A stretch of DNA of 64,000 nucleotides from a virus (IMGVR_UViG_3300010356_001624:1-64000); one strand, 5' to 3'. Positions 38,450-49,619 are shown, counted from the stretch's first letter. Notes: generated by a model not told the origin, from the letters alone. Numbers and translations: made by a program.

Positions 38450-41203
38450 ATGGGAAATTTTGTATTCACATCTCCAGGTGTAAAATTTAAAGAACGTGAT
38501 TTAACTTTTGTGACACGTAATGTAGGAATAACAACATTGGGTTTAGTTGGCGAAACTATGAAAGGACCTGCTTTTGAACCTGTTTATATTGAAGATAAAC
38601 AACAATTTAAGGAAATATTTGGAAACCAATCAACCAAAAGAATGGATGGTAATTTACAATACCAATTACCCTATGTTGCTAATGCATATTTAAACGAATC
38701 AAATCAACTATGGGTTACCAGAGTATTGGGTTTAAGTGGTTATGATGCGGGAAATGCTTGGATGTTAACATTAAGTGCTGGATTAGACCCTGATAGTATT
38801 AATATTGTATCAACAATTACTGATAATACAAGTTTAACTGATAATACTTATTATGGTCATAATATCTATTTTAATGGACAAACTGGTACAATAAAAAGTG
38901 GTTATACAAAAAATAATATTAATAACACATTTTCACAAACCGTATATGATTATTATGTTGAAGATTATCAAGAAGGTGGTGATTCTGGTATTCTATATAC
39001 TGCAACCACTTACACAGGTAAATCATACATCAACTATGAAAATATGGTATTGGCAATAATTAGAAGTAATGGTGATTCTAAAATTCCTATTAATGAACCA
39101 CAAAAAACAAAATTTTATACAAAAAATCTTAAAATAAAGAATAATAAAACATTATTTGATATTGGTGATTTATATGGAAGATTTGATATTGAAGTTGTGT
39201 TTGAAGAAAATGGTATAGATAAAACTGAAACATATACGGTTTCATTAAATCCTGATGATGCTAGTTTTCTACCAAATGTTATTGGTAATAAACCAAAAAG
39301 TAAAAAAACAAAAATTTGGGTACAAGAAGTATATCCTGAATTGATGAAAAAACTAAAAACAGATGATTTAGGATATGGTATTAATACTCAAGTAATAACA
39401 GGTAGTTCAACTAATTTTACTGATAGTTTTAATTCTCAATTTCGAACACCAGAAACCCCTTGGGTAGTATCACAAGTTAAGGGTAATGTAGTTGATAGAT
39501 TATTTAAATTTATCAGTATTAGTGATGGTAATGCTGCTAATGAAGAAATAAAAATTTCAATTGAAAATATAGACCCAACAAGTTTAACATTTGATGTAAT
39601 AATTCGTAGTTTTTATGATACTGATGATAATGTTAATATTCTTAAATCATTCATTAAATGTAGTATGATTAAAGAATCAAACAACTATATTGGTAAAAAA
39701 ATTGGTACTATTGATGGTGAATATCAATTAAAAAATAATTATATTATGGTTGAAATTGCTGATAATATTTCTGATGGAGTATTTCCTGCTGGATTTGAAG
39801 GGTATTATTTAAATGATTATAGCACAAAATCAACAGGGGATAATACAACAACAGGTATTTCACCAACAATATTTTATAAAAGGTCATATTTAGTAAGAGA
39901 AGATGTAAAAAAAGCATATTTAGGTATTTCAGAAAAAGGATATGGTACAAACAATGGATTTAATCAAAATATGTTTAACTATAATGGTTATTTTGAATCA
40001 AGTCCATATGTTACTGGATTTACTAAATCTAAAGGATTTCATATGGATATAACTGCTACTGCCATAACCAATACTTCATTTGTTGGTGAATTTGATTGTG
40101 GTATGGATGTTTTTCAAACATATAAAGACATTGATAATCCTAACAATAAATATAATAATATTAAAACAAGAAAATTTACTTTAGTTCCCGCAGGTGGATT
40201 TGATGGTTGGGATGTTCATCGTATTTCACGTTCTAATACTGATGGATATCAACAAGGTGGCATATATAGTGGTTATCCGAACAATCCTTTATTTCCACCA
40301 ACAAATGATTTTCAAGCATGGCAAATGGCAATAGATACTTTTGCTAATCCTGAAGAAGTTACCATAAATTTATTTGCAACTCCTGGTATTAATTGGGCTG
40401 ACCATCAATTATTAGTAAAAGATACAATTGAAATGATTGAAGAAAAAAGAGCAGATAGTTTATATGTTATTGATTCTCCTGATATCGGAATTGAATTTAG
40501 TGTCGGTAATAGTCGTAATGCAGATGTTGATAATGCTGAATCTTATAAAGAAGCATTAGATTTAACAGAAATAGATAGTAGTTATTCTTGTACTTATGCT
40601 CCTTGGATTCAAATTCAAGACACACAAAATATTTCTGATATTTACATTCCACCAACTGGTGAAGTTTTACGTGCAATGGCATATACTGATAAGGTTAATT
40701 TTCCTTGGTATGCCCCTGCTGGTTTAAATCGTGGTGCAATTAATGCAAAACAACCAAAATATAAATTAAGTCTTGAAGCACGTGATATTCTTTATAGTGG
40801 AAGAATTAATCCAATTGCATATTTTTCAGACGTTGGTACTGCAATTTTTGGTCAAAAAACATTAAAGAAAAAAGAAGGTGCGTTAGATAGAATTAATGTT
40901 CGTAGATTACTTCTTCGAATTAAAGTTTTAATTTCTAACATTGCTGTTAGATTATTATTTGAACAAAACGACCAAGATGTTATTAACGAATTCTTGGCTA
41001 AAGCAAATCCTGCTTTAGCAGCAATAAAAAGAGAAAGAGGTTTATATGATTTTAAAATAAAAATGGATGATACTAATAATACCCCAGAAACACGTGATAG
41101 AAATGAACTATATGGTGAAATATTTTTAAAACCAACACGTACTCTTGAATATATTGGTATTACATTTACAATTACACCTTCAGGTGCATCTTTCGAAGAA
41201 TAA
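38450..41203 (+). CDS. contractile tail sheath protein
   Basis: The N-terminus SPGVKFKERDLTFVTRNVGITTLGLVGETMKGPAFEPVYIEDKQQFKEIFG matches the sheath N-terminal signature (PGVY..E.D......T...VG...KGP......S..eF...FG). The C-terminal DRINVRRLLLRIK...FEQND matches the conserved sheath C-terminal domain. Confidence 0.9.
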   Translation: MGNFVFTSPGVKFKERDLTFVTRNVGITTLGLVGETMKGPAFEPVYIEDKQQFKEIFGNQSTKRMDGNLQYQLPYVANAYLNESNQLWVTRVLGLSGYDAGNAWMLTLSAGLDPDSINIVSTITDNTSLTDNTYYGHNIYFNGQTGTIKSGYTKNNINNTFSQTVYDYYVEDYQEGGDSGILYTATTYTGKSYINYENMVLAIIRSNGDSKIPINEPQKTKFYTKNLKIKNNKTLFDIGDLYGRFDIEVVFEENGIDKTETYTVSLNPDDASFLPNVIGNKPKSKKTKIWVQEVYPELMKKLKTDDLGYGINTQVITGSSTNFTDSFNSQFRTPETPWVVSQVKGNVVDRLFKFISISDGNAANEEIKISIENIDPTSLTFDVIIRSFYDTDDNVNILKSFIKCSMIKESNNYIGKKIGTIDGEYQLKNNYIMVEIADNISDGVFPAGFEGYYLNDYSTKSTGDNTTTGISPTIFYKRSYLVREDVKKAYLGISEKGYGTNNGFNQNMFNYNGYFESSPYVTGFTKSKGFHMDITATAITNTSFVGEFDCGMDVFQTYKDIDNPNNKYNNIKTRKFTLVPAGGFDGWDVHRISRSNTDGYQQGGIYSGYPNNPLFPPTNDFQAWQMAIDTFANPEEVTINLFATPGINWADHQLLVKDTIEMIEEKRADSLYVIDSPDIGIEFSVGNSRNADVDNAESYKEALDLTEIDSSYSCTYAPWIQIQDTQNISDIYIPPTGEVLRAMAYTDKVNFPWYAPAGLNRGAINAKQPKYKLSLEARDILYSGRINPIAYFSDVGTAIFGQKTLKKKEGALDRINVRRLLLRIKVLISNIAVRLLFEQNDQDVINEFLAKANPALAAIKRERGLYDFKIKMDDTNNTPETRDRNELYGEIFLKPTRTLEYIGITFTITPSGASFEE

Positions 41204-41220
41204 AAAAATAAAAGTTTACA

Positions 41221-41252
41221 AAAAAAGACCTCAAATGTGAGGTCTTTTTTAT
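41221..41252 (+). terminator. Rho-independent terminator: agacctca / tgaggtct stem followed by a T-run
   Basis: aaaaaagacctcaaatgtgaggtcttttttattt sits directly after the sheath stop codon. Confidence 0.65.
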
Positions 41253-41329
41253 TTAAAAAAATAAAAACTGATAATTTTAATAATAAGACTATTTATATAT
41301 AAATAATTAATTAAAATATTAATATAGAT

Positions 41330-41608
41330 ATGGGAAAAAAATATAAAAAACAATCTGATTTAGAACACAAATTTAATTCAGACATTAACTATAATGATAA
41401 AATTGAAATTAATCAAGAAATTCCTGAAAATGAATATAGTATGGAAGAAAATATAAAAAACGATAATTTTTCAGAAATAGAATATATAGAAAATGAAACA
41501 ATTGAAAAAGAAAATGAAATAATTGTCGAAAAACCAAAAAAATCCATTGCTGATTTAAGTAAATCTGAATATAGACAATATTTAAGAACAGGTATAATTC
41601 CAGAATAA
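41330..41608 (+). CDS. hypothetical acidic small protein
   Basis: ORF only. A TATAAATA motif lies at 41298-41305 upstream. Confidence 0.35.
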   Translation: MGKKYKKQSDLEHKFNSDINYNDKIEINQEIPENEYSMEENIKNDNFSEIEYIENETIEKENEIIVEKPKKSIADLSKSEYRQYLRTGIIPE

Positions 41609-41669
41609 AAAAAGAGAATTAAAACTATTTATAAAAAAAATAAATTTGAATTAATTAAATATATATGAT

Positions 41670-42158
41670 ATGGGTGATATGTTAATAAAAGTGCCAATGC
41701 AACACGAACCAAAAAGAAAAAATAGATATTTTGCTCATTTTGGTACTGATATTGGTATTGAAACTTGGGCAATTCGTAAATTTAAAAGACCTTCAATGAA
41801 AATAAATAAAATTGAAATACCATACATGAATGAACAGAATTATGTTGCGGGTAGATATACATGGGATTCGGTTAATGTTACTTTTCTTGACCCAATCGGT
41901 CCTTCTTCCTCACAAATTCTCATGGAATGGGTTCGTTTACATGCAGAATCCATAACTGGTCGTATGGGTTATGCTGCTGGTTATAAAAAAACCATAACAT
42001 TAGAATCGTTAGACCCAACGGGTATTGCTATTGAAAAATGGACACTTGAAGATTGTCAAATTATTAGTATTGATTTTGGTGATAATGATTATAGTAGTGA
42101 TGACCTAACTGAAATTTCATTAGAATTACAACCTTGGAGATGTATTCTTAATATGTAA
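41670..42158 (+). CDS. tail tube protein (T4 gp19-like)
   Basis: Follows the sheath gene; 162 aa. KINKIEIPYMNEQNYVAGRYTWDSVNVTFLD and LELQPW resemble T4 gp19 KIPVGFMNRKINVAGDRTFDDWTVTVMND and LALDYWE. Confidence 0.72.
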   Translation: MGDMLIKVPMQHEPKRKNRYFAHFGTDIGIETWAIRKFKRPSMKINKIEIPYMNEQNYVAGRYTWDSVNVTFLDPIGPSSSQILMEWVRLHAESITGRMGYAAGYKKTITLESLDPTGIAIEKWTLEDCQIISIDFGDNDYSSDDLTEISLELQPWRCILNM

Positions 42159-42214
42159 ATATTATTTATTCTTAAGTTTAAAAGCAATTATATTTAATTA
42201 TATAATTGCTTTTT

Positions 42215-43126
42215 TTAATTAATAACAATATTTTTTTGAAGCATTGGTTCAAATTGTAGTTCTTCCAACATTCTAATTATTTCTGTTTTTTCTGCTGGTA
42301 ATGCAGAATATCCATGAATATGATTAATTAAAACATTTCTAAATATTTCTAAAATTTCTAATAACACATCACCACGAACTAAAGGATGTGTATTATCAAA
42401 TATTCTTTTTCTATCTTCAAATTTTAATTTTGTTGTTTTTAAATTTGGATTACCATCATGTGAAATTAAAGCAATTTTATCACTGGTCATGATAATATTA
42501 CTTTGATATTCATCTTTTTTTTCTATATTTGGTTCAAAAACTAAACTAATTTGTGCTGGATTTTTTATGTTTAATTTTAAAGGATTATCATTTTCATGTT
42601 TTCCTGCACGTATATGAACTTCATTTAATCTTAATATAACATCAGTATTAACACGACCAATAATTGCAACATCTGTTTTTGTAGGGTAAATACCTTCAGC
42701 ATCTGGATATGTAGATGGTGCTTTTTCAGGTGCTAATCCCATTTCTTTATCAATATTAGACCTTGCACTAAAAATATAATCACCACCAATTTTATGTGGT
42801 TGTGATATAATACTACCTAACCAAAATCTACCTTTTTGATTAAAACTAATATCTTCAATGAATACCCTAACCGTTTCATTAATTTTTGGATATACATGAA
42901 AAAATTTTGGTAATAAGGGATAACACCACGATAAATTTTCAGGATTATCTTTATCTATTTGACTATCTAAATCTGGAATATATACTTTAATTCTCATACC
43001 ATCAGTCTTATCATCAATATCTAAAACAGTACCATAAAAAATTGTTCTTTGTGGTACTATTGTAGATGGTGATTTTCTTAATGGATTACTAGTATGTGTT
43101 ATTTTATTTATATAACTATCTAACAT
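42215..43126 (-). CDS. baseplate hub/spike protein with a gpV/gp5-type N-terminal OB-fold
   Basis: GTVLDIDDKTDGMRIKVYIPDLD...LSWCYPLLP...VRVFIEDISFNQKGRFWLGSI fits the gpV/VgrG/gp5 pattern (G.V..vdD...GRVrV..P.....s.Wa.P..P.....g..V.V.Fe.GD...p.w.G). Confidence 0.62.
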   Translation of the reverse strand: MLDSYINKITHTSNPLRKSPSTIVPQRTIFYGTVLDIDDKTDGMRIKVYIPDLDSQIDKDNPENLSWCYPLLPKFFHVYPKINETVRVFIEDISFNQKGRFWLGSIISQPHKIGGDYIFSARSNIDKEMGLAPEKAPSTYPDAEGIYPTKTDVAIIGRVNTDVILRLNEVHIRAGKHENDNPLKLNIKNPAQISLVFEPNIEKKDEYQSNIIMTSDKIALISHDGNPNLKTTKLKFEDRKRIFDNTHPLVRGDVLLEILEIFRNVLINHIHGYSALPAEKTEIIRMLEELQFEPMLQKNIVIN

Positions 43127-43130
43127 ATTA

Positions 43131-43334
43131 TTATCTTTTATCTAATTCTTCGTGTATTAAACTATTTAATGTTTTTAAATCTTCTAAAATTTTTAAATTT
43201 TCGTTTATTTTATTTTGTAATTCTTCAACCGTCAATAAATCTTTAATAATTTCTTGTTTAAGTGATTCGTGTTCACTTCTAATATCATTACTATATTTTA
43301 GTAATTCTATTTGTGTATAATCTGTTAAATCCAT
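43131..43334 (-). CDS. small coiled-coil protein
   Basis: ORF only. Confidence 0.3.
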   Translation of the reverse strand: MDLTDYTQIELLKYSNDIRSEHESLKQEIIKDLLTVEELQNKINENLKILEDLKTLNSLIHEELDKR

Positions 43335-43338
43335 ATTT

Positions 43339-43746
43339 TTATTGTATTATACCATATCCTTTTGTTATCGTAATTGTTGAACCATATACTGAAACAGGAC
43401 CTGCTGGTGATATTCCCGCAGCAGATAATGTTATTCCTGGTGGTATAGCAACACTAATAATTGCATCAGTTTGAAGTGCTTTAATTATTTCTTCAACTCT
43501 AATTTTTTCCATAATTTCATCAGGATTTGCATTGCCATTTGGTAATACACCAATTGGTAATCCTGCTTCACTTTTTCTTTTAATAATTTCATGTGCAATT
43601 TTACTTGCAGATAAACCACCACGTTGTGGAACACCAACCAAAATTAATGGTGTTGGTATTGGTGGTGGACTTCCAATTGATGATAATTTTAAAATTTTAG
43701 TAAAACCACCAATAATAGAATCAATATTGGTATAATCAATATTCAT
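43339..43746 (-). CDS. hypothetical Pro/Gly-rich protein, possibly a baseplate component
   Basis: ORF upstream of the spike gene on the same strand. Confidence 0.4.
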   Translation of the reverse strand: MNIDYTNIDSIIGGFTKILKLSSIGSPPPIPTPLILVGVPQRGGLSASKIAHEIIKRKSEAGLPIGVLPNGNANPDEIMEKIRVEEIIKALQTDAIISVAIPPGITLSAAGISPAGPVSVYGSTITITKGYGIIQ

Positions 43747-43924
43747 TATATTTATTTTAATGTTTTTAATTTTTTTACATTAACCCATTTCCAACCCAAT
43801 ATTAATCTTGTTAATATTTTTCTAACTAAATTAGGTTTAGAAGTTGTAGCCATTTGTGTACCATTAACATTACCATCAATTAAATACACACCAACTATTT
43901 GTTTATTAACTTTTTGGTCTATAA

Positions 43925-45262
43925 TCATAATATTTTAGATTTTATTGTTGAAACTAATGACATAAGACTATTTTCCCAAGATTCTAATCTTTCTTTCATT
44001 CGTTCTTTTATTTCTGGTTTAATTAATTTAACTAAATATTTAACAACTAAAGCAAAAATAAATGCACCTACAATAAGCATAATTTCTTTTTTCATACAAA
44101 AAATAATTCTTTTCCATTTTTTTAAATCATCTTTTGCTTTTTCTAACATAACTTCACCATTATTAACAATAGCACTATATATTGCCATTAACATTCTTAC
44201 TTGTGGTGCTGTTGTAACTGCTTCTAATAATTTAAGAATAATTGTTTTTATAAATTTAACAAAAAAACCGTCCTTAAAACTTCTTTTATCGGAATCATCA
44301 GAAGTATTTATGCTATTTTCCATTATATCACTAACAATATTACCAACTTCATTAGGATTTTTATTAGAATCATTTATATCCACCATCATTTTTTGTAATG
44401 ATTCCATTGGTAATTCACCATAATATACTTCGTATTCAATTTCTTCAGGTATAAAACCTTGAACTATTTTACAATTAATATCATAAGTTACTAAACCATT
44501 AGAAATTTGTTCCGCTTCTAAATCTAAATCAGGATAATTTTCTATATTAACATCATATGGATTATCTTCATCATTTAAAACATTTTCTAATATTTTTTCA
44601 GTTAAAAGTTCATCTAAAACCTCTTCTTTTGTTTTATTTTGTGATTTAGATAATGTTCCAAATAATTTATCCATTGCATTGCCAACAATTTCATCTGAAT
44701 TTATTATATTTGTATTATCAATAAAATTATTAAAATAATCACCAACATTTACATCTATAGGCTTTAATAAAAAACTATCATTATCAGGATTATAATTTAC
44801 TAATGTATTGTGACAAGGAATATTTGAACTTGGATTATTAATGGCATTTCTTAACATTCTATCACCATTATTATTCGAATCACCATACAATAAATTTCCA
44901 CCCTTTTCTTCATCTGTTGGCAATACTTTTAATTTTTTTTTACTATCGAGAGTTTTTACCTTAACATTTACATCAAATTCTGGTAATGAGTTATCGGCAT
45001 TTGATTGAACAAATTGTTTTTTTAATCCACTTTTTAATTGAGATTCTGAATTATTTAATATATCAACAAGAAAAGAACCAATTAAAAATTTTAATGCTTC
45101 AGTTCCTGCAATTGCTTTTAATACATCCAACATAAATGAAATAGAATCTTTAGAATTATTAACAGAAGAATAACTATCTTTTACTTCTGGTTTATTTCCA
45201 GATTTAGAAGAAAATGCTTTAATGTCTGAAAAGACATTTCTTTTATTGTTAATTCTACTCAT
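43925..45262 (-). CDS. hypothetical protein with a C-terminal hydrophobic region
   Basis: 445-aa ORF. Confidence 0.45.
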   Translation of the reverse strand: MSRINNKRNVFSDIKAFSSKSGNKPEVKDSYSSVNNSKDSISFMLDVLKAIAGTEALKFLIGSFLVDILNNSESQLKSGLKKQFVQSNADNSLPEFDVNVKVKTLDSKKKLKVLPTDEEKGGNLLYGDSNNNGDRMLRNAINNPSSNIPCHNTLVNYNPDNDSFLLKPIDVNVGDYFNNFIDNTNIINSDEIVGNAMDKLFGTLSKSQNKTKEEVLDELLTEKILENVLNDEDNPYDVNIENYPDLDLEAEQISNGLVTYDINCKIVQGFIPEEIEYEVYYGELPMESLQKMMVDINDSNKNPNEVGNIVSDIMENSINTSDDSDKRSFKDGFFVKFIKTIILKLLEAVTTAPQVRMLMAIYSAIVNNGEVMLEKAKDDLKKWKRIIFCMKKEIMLIVGAFIFALVVKYLVKLIKPEIKERMKERLESWENSLMSLVSTIKSKIL

Positions 45263-45635
45263 TACTTTCTTTTCTTTTACGTTCTATTTCTTTTGCAACA
45301 AATGATAATAATTCATTTCTTCTTGCATCAGTAACATCACCCTTTTCTTCATCATCAGAAGATGTTTTTTCGGTTTTTTTCTCAAAAACAACTTCTTTAA
45401 GATATTTAAGTAACATTATTTTTTGGTCTTGATTTTTTGCTTCAGCAGCAATAAGTTTAACAATTTGGTCACCAATAGCAGCAACTTCTCCATTGTCTTT
45501 TACTTTTAATTCCCATTTAGTAAATAATCTAGTGATTTTTGCTTTAATATTATGGGATTCATTATATATTTCTTGAAGTAGTTTATTAACACTTTCTTCA
45601 TCAAATTTTAATTCTTTACGTTTAGGTCTTGCCAT
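45255..45635 (-). CDS. hypothetical basic/acidic small protein
   Basis: ORF only. Confidence 0.35.
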   Translation of the reverse strand: MARPKRKELKFDEESVNKLLQEIYNESHNIKAKITRLFTKWELKVKDNGEVAAIGDQIVKLIAAEAKNQDQKIMLLKYLKEVVFEKKTEKTSSDDEEKGDVTDARRNELLSFVAKEIERKRKESNE

Positions 45636-45679
45636 AATTATTAGTTTTAGTACATATAAATAGTAATAATTAAAATTTA

Positions 45680-46540
45680 TTAATCATCATATATTTCTTT
45701 TTTTTCAAAAAAATAAATATCTTTAAATGGTTTTATTCCCATTCTTATTTCTTTTGTGTTTAATCCTGTTTGTTCTTTTAAAAATAATAGAATTTTATTT
45801 TTTGTAAATTTATTTGTTATTTTTTTATTATAATTACCTTCTGGTGTTTCTTCCATAAATAATTCTTGCCAATTTGATAAAATATTTATTATAGCATCCC
45901 CAACAATAATTTCATTTTTTTTTAAATTTTTATCGTTTTCTAATTTATTTTGAATTTTTTTTATAATATTATTAATTAATATTTCTAATTTATTAAGATA
46001 ATCAATATCCATTTCATAAATATAGTCATTTTCTTTATTAATTTCTTCTATATATTCATCGTAGCATAAATTAACCATCTTATCGTTATATGTTTTTTTA
46101 CTATGGTCTTTATAGTAATTACGAACAATTGTTTGACAATAACTATATGCTTTAGAACAGAAAATTCTATATTTAATATTTTCATTATTATTTTTTAACG
46201 AAAGTAATTTTTCATCAGCATTTTTTTTATATAAGAATCTATAACCATCACCCAATTTAATCCATTTTTCATCATGATAAAATTCAATAATATATGGTTT
46301 ATATTTAACCATTTGGTCAATCATATGGCTAAGAGCATTTGATTCAATTTCTTCCATTTCATAATTACCAATATGTATTGGATATCTTCTTAATATTGAC
46401 TGTATCATTTTTCTAAATGGTTCTATTAAAATCTCATTATAAATTCTATTTTTTTCTTCTTTAGAATTTGATTTAATATAATTTATAACAGCCCTTTCTT
46501 CTTTTTCACCAAAATATTGATTAGTTTCTTCTTTTTCCAT
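45680..46540 (-). CDS. hypothetical protein; weak resemblance to a sigma-70 region-2-like (T4 gp55-type) late sigma factor
   Basis: EILIEPFRKMIQSILRRYP...EMEEIESNALSHMIDQMVKYKP has the spacing of sigma region 2.1-2.2. Low-confidence pattern match only. Confidence 0.3.
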   Translation of the reverse strand: MEKEETNQYFGEKEERAVINYIKSNSKEEKNRIYNEILIEPFRKMIQSILRRYPIHIGNYEMEEIESNALSHMIDQMVKYKPYIIEFYHDEKWIKLGDGYRFLYKKNADEKLLSLKNNNENIKYRIFCSKAYSYCQTIVRNYYKDHSKKTYNDKMVNLCYDEYIEEINKENDYIYEMDIDYLNKLEILINNIIKKIQNKLENDKNLKKNEIIVGDAIINILSNWQELFMEETPEGNYNKKITNKFTKNKILLFLKEQTGLNTKEIRMGIKPFKDIYFFEKKEIYDD

Positions 46541-46640
46541 TCAATAAAAAACATTAAAAATAATATGATATTTTCACATATTTTTCATATTCATTTTTTA
46601 TTATATATTTATATTTAAATAAATTTATAAATAAAAATGT

Positions 46641-47462
46641 TTATTTTTCTTGAAGTTTACTTATATCAATTTCTCTATCTGTAGTGAAATTAGACTCTTT
46701 AAACGCAGTTTCAAACCAAAATTTTCGTTCATCCATTGGCATATTTTTTAAATATCCATCAAATAAACTACCTTCACGATTAATTAAATGTCTATATCCG
46801 ATTTTTGGTATTGCAAATATTTTAGATGCATTATTTAATGCTCTAAGAATAAATTCATACATAAAAGTTAGTTTTATGTTTCTTTTATATCTACCCAAAT
46901 TAATAAATTCAGATTTTTTTATTGCAGCACCACTTAATTTAAAATCAGTATATTGTTTTATTGAATTTAAATTCAAATATCCCAATTCACCATTTTCACC
47001 AACAAATTGTTGTGACCAAACCATTTCATTAGTTAATTTAATACCTTTATTTTCATTTGTTACTTCAATCATCATTATTAAAAAAATATCAATGTTGGGA
47101 TATGCTTTTACATATTCATTAATATTTTTTAAATACGTTAACCCCAATTCGTCATCAAATTCAAGAACAGTAAAATAATCAGTATTAACACTATCAACAG
47201 CAAGATTTACCTGAGATTGATAATCAGTATTTCCATTATTTTTTATTAGTTTAAAATTATAATTAAAATATTTTTCTTTAATAAAATTATTAATTTCATT
47301 TTCTATTGTTGATGAATAAACAATTAAAACGTCTGGTTTTTCAACTTCTTGTTGATTTATAATTGATTCAATCGCTTTATTTAAATATGTTGAAATATTA
47401 TCATTAAATTCATGTATTGGAATTATTATTGATGTACTATTCATTTTCTTTAGTATTTTCAT
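46641..47462 (-). CDS. family-2 (GT-A fold) glycosyltransferase-like protein
   Basis: The N-terminus SIIIPIHEFNDNISTYLNKAIESIINQ matches the GT2 N-terminal pattern, and FDDE is a candidate DxD motif. Confidence 0.55.
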   Translation of the reverse strand: MKILKKMNSTSIIIPIHEFNDNISTYLNKAIESIINQQEVEKPDVLIVYSSTIENEINNFIKEKYFNYNFKLIKNNGNTDYQSQVNLAVDSVNTDYFTVLEFDDELGLTYLKNINEYVKAYPNIDIFLIMMIEVTNENKGIKLTNEMVWSQQFVGENGELGYLNLNSIKQYTDFKLSGAAIKKSEFINLGRYKRNIKLTFMYEFILRALNNASKIFAIPKIGYRHLINREGSLFDGYLKNMPMDERKFWFETAFKESNFTTDREIDISKLQEK

Positions 47463-48615
47463 TATTGTTATTTTTATTAGATTCTAATGCGGATTTAAAT
47501 AAATTAATTCTTTCGTTTACATATCCACTATAAATCTCAACCAATTCTTTTTCAGAATTATCTTGATTGTATTTTGATGCAATCTTATCCATATTATCAT
47601 AAATTTCTTTAGATATATTATCATCTAAAAATTTGACTAATGTATCTGCAATTAAAATTGGTAAATCATAATAATTATTAGTCCAAACGCCACAATTATC
47701 AATTGCTTTTATTGGTTTATCACCATCTTCACTTCTTTCAACCATATATTCAGGAATAATATCTGGTTTTAAACAAATAGGAACAACGCCTGATTTCATA
47801 CATTCAAGAGGAAATGTACCAAAACTTGAGATTCTATCAATCCAAACAGCAGCAAAATTTTCACTCAATCTTTTTGCAAAATCAACCCTACGCATTTGTT
47901 GTGGTGGTTTACTTTTAGTTAACATTGGGTCAAAAGTAATCCAATTAAATTCAGGGTATTTAAGAAAAAACAATTTAACTAATTTACTAATTTCATTTGG
48001 ATTTCTACCAATAATTGATACTACTGGTTTTTTTGGTCTTTCTGTTTTTTCAAAATAATCAGGAATTCCTATTGTATATGATTTAGTTTTATATTTTTTT
48101 CCAAAATATAATTCAATAAATTCCTCAAGTGTTTTTGAAGTAGTAATAATATTATTAATACCAAACATTTCCCAATTTATACCTGGTATTAAACTATTTA
48201 ACATATAATCAATAGATTGTAAAAATCCTATTCTTAAACAAGGTAAATTTTTAGTATGTTCCATGATATTTGAATAAACTTCAGGAATTATCATAATATC
48301 TTCAGGACCGACACTTAATTTATTATTTTCATCCATTGATAAATGTTTAATATCGGTTAATTCACTCTCAATCCAATTAGGTTTTACATAATCATTTTTT
48401 TCTGTGAATATAATTACATCATATCCCATTCTTTTTACAACAGTGGCATGAAAATATAACTCATATATACTTGCTACTGGTGATTGTGATTCGGGTATAC
48501 AAAAAATAAATTTAGATTTTTTATTTTCTAAATTATTTAAAGAAATTTTAATTTTTTCAAATTTTTCTTTTTCAACATCTTCAATTGATTTTTCAATATT
48601 TTTATCCATTTTCAT
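47437..48615 (-). CDS. GT-B fold glycosyltransferase-like protein (GT4-like)
   Basis: ECMKSGVVPI resembles the E-x7-E/EAMAxGxPVI motif of group-1 glycosyltransferases. Confidence 0.45.
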   Translation of the reverse strand: MKMDKNIEKSIEDVEKEKFEKIKISLNNLENKKSKFIFCIPESQSPVASIYELYFHATVVKRMGYDVIIFTEKNDYVKPNWIESELTDIKHLSMDENNKLSVGPEDIMIIPEVYSNIMEHTKNLPCLRIGFLQSIDYMLNSLIPGINWEMFGINNIITTSKTLEEFIELYFGKKYKTKSYTIGIPDYFEKTERPKKPVVSIIGRNPNEISKLVKLFFLKYPEFNWITFDPMLTKSKPPQQMRRVDFAKRLSENFAAVWIDRISSFGTFPLECMKSGVVPICLKPDIIPEYMVERSEDGDKPIKAIDNCGVWTNNYYDLPILIADTLVKFLDDNISKEIYDNMDKIASKYNQDNSEKELVEIYSGYVNERINLFKSALESNKNNNNENTKENE

Positions 48616-49354
48616 TTTTTTTATATTTTATTATTTTTTCAAAATCCTTATTTTCTATTAATTCTGCTATTTGTAAAATTTCCATTGAATATGAATTAAA
48701 CTTTTCATTATATGGTCTTTTTACTTTTATTAGTTTTTTAAACCAAGGTGTTCCTAATTTTAATATTTCTGGGTCTGTTGTTATTAAAATATCAATATTA
48801 TTCCACATTTCAATAGATTTTTTTACAAATCGAATGTTTTCAAATCTACTTTTAATTTTACTTAAAAAGAATAATGTGGGTGGTATACTAAATCTATTTT
48901 CAACAGAAAATAATGTAAAATTAACAGTATCACAATATTTATCATAAAATTTATTACCATCAACATCCATATTTCTATACATCATCGGTGCTGAACCATG
49001 TATTTCAAATAAGTAATCTTCATACATGAATCTATTATAAACTTCTTTTGATGTTAATTTTATTTTATTCTCCTTTTTAAATAATAAAAAATCAGCAGGT
49101 GCTTCATTTTTATCATTCAATTGATATTCTAATGGACTTATATTTTCTGGAATATCTTCTGGCTCTTTAAGTTCTTTAATTATTTCTTCAACATCATTAA
49201 ATTTATAATTATTAAAGAAATCATAAACATATTCCTGTTCTTTTGGAACACCATCTAAACCAAATTCTTCAACATAATACTTATCAAATTGTAACCATTT
49301 CGCCCTTAATATTTCATCAATATCAATTCCAACATTTTTTTTATTTATTTTCAT
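48602..49354 (-). CDS. hypothetical protein
   Basis: ORF only. Confidence 0.4.
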   Translation of the reverse strand: MKINKKNVGIDIDEILRAKWLQFDKYYVEEFGLDGVPKEQEYVYDFFNNYKFNDVEEIIKELKEPEDIPENISPLEYQLNDKNEAPADFLLFKKENKIKLTSKEVYNRFMYEDYLFEIHGSAPMMYRNMDVDGNKFYDKYCDTVNFTLFSVENRFSIPPTLFFLSKIKSRFENIRFVKKSIEMWNNIDILITTDPEILKLGTPWFKKLIKVKRPYNEKFNSYSMEILQIAELIENKDFEKIIKYKKNENG

Positions 49355-49619
49355 TTTCTAATTCATTTATTTGATAATTAAGTAAATTATTTAATTTTTT
49401 CATCATTTCATTATGTTCTTTAATTAATGCTTCTTCAGTAACATATCTCGGATTAATACATTCAATTTTAGTATCAATTGTATTTGTTGGTATAACTATT
49501 ATTTCACCTTCAAATCTTTCAGGTGTAATTTTTTTTGTAACTTTTTTTACAAAATCTTCAATATCTGCTAATCTAATATTAGCAACACCAACATAAATAA
49601 CTAAAATCATATTACTCAT
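49341..49619 (-). CDS. hypothetical protein
   Basis: ORF only. Confidence 0.35.
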   Translation of the reverse strand: MSNMILVIYVGVANIRLADIEDFVKKVTKKITPERFEGEIIVIPTNTIDTKIECINPRYVTEEALIKEHNEMMKKLNNLLNYQINELENENK

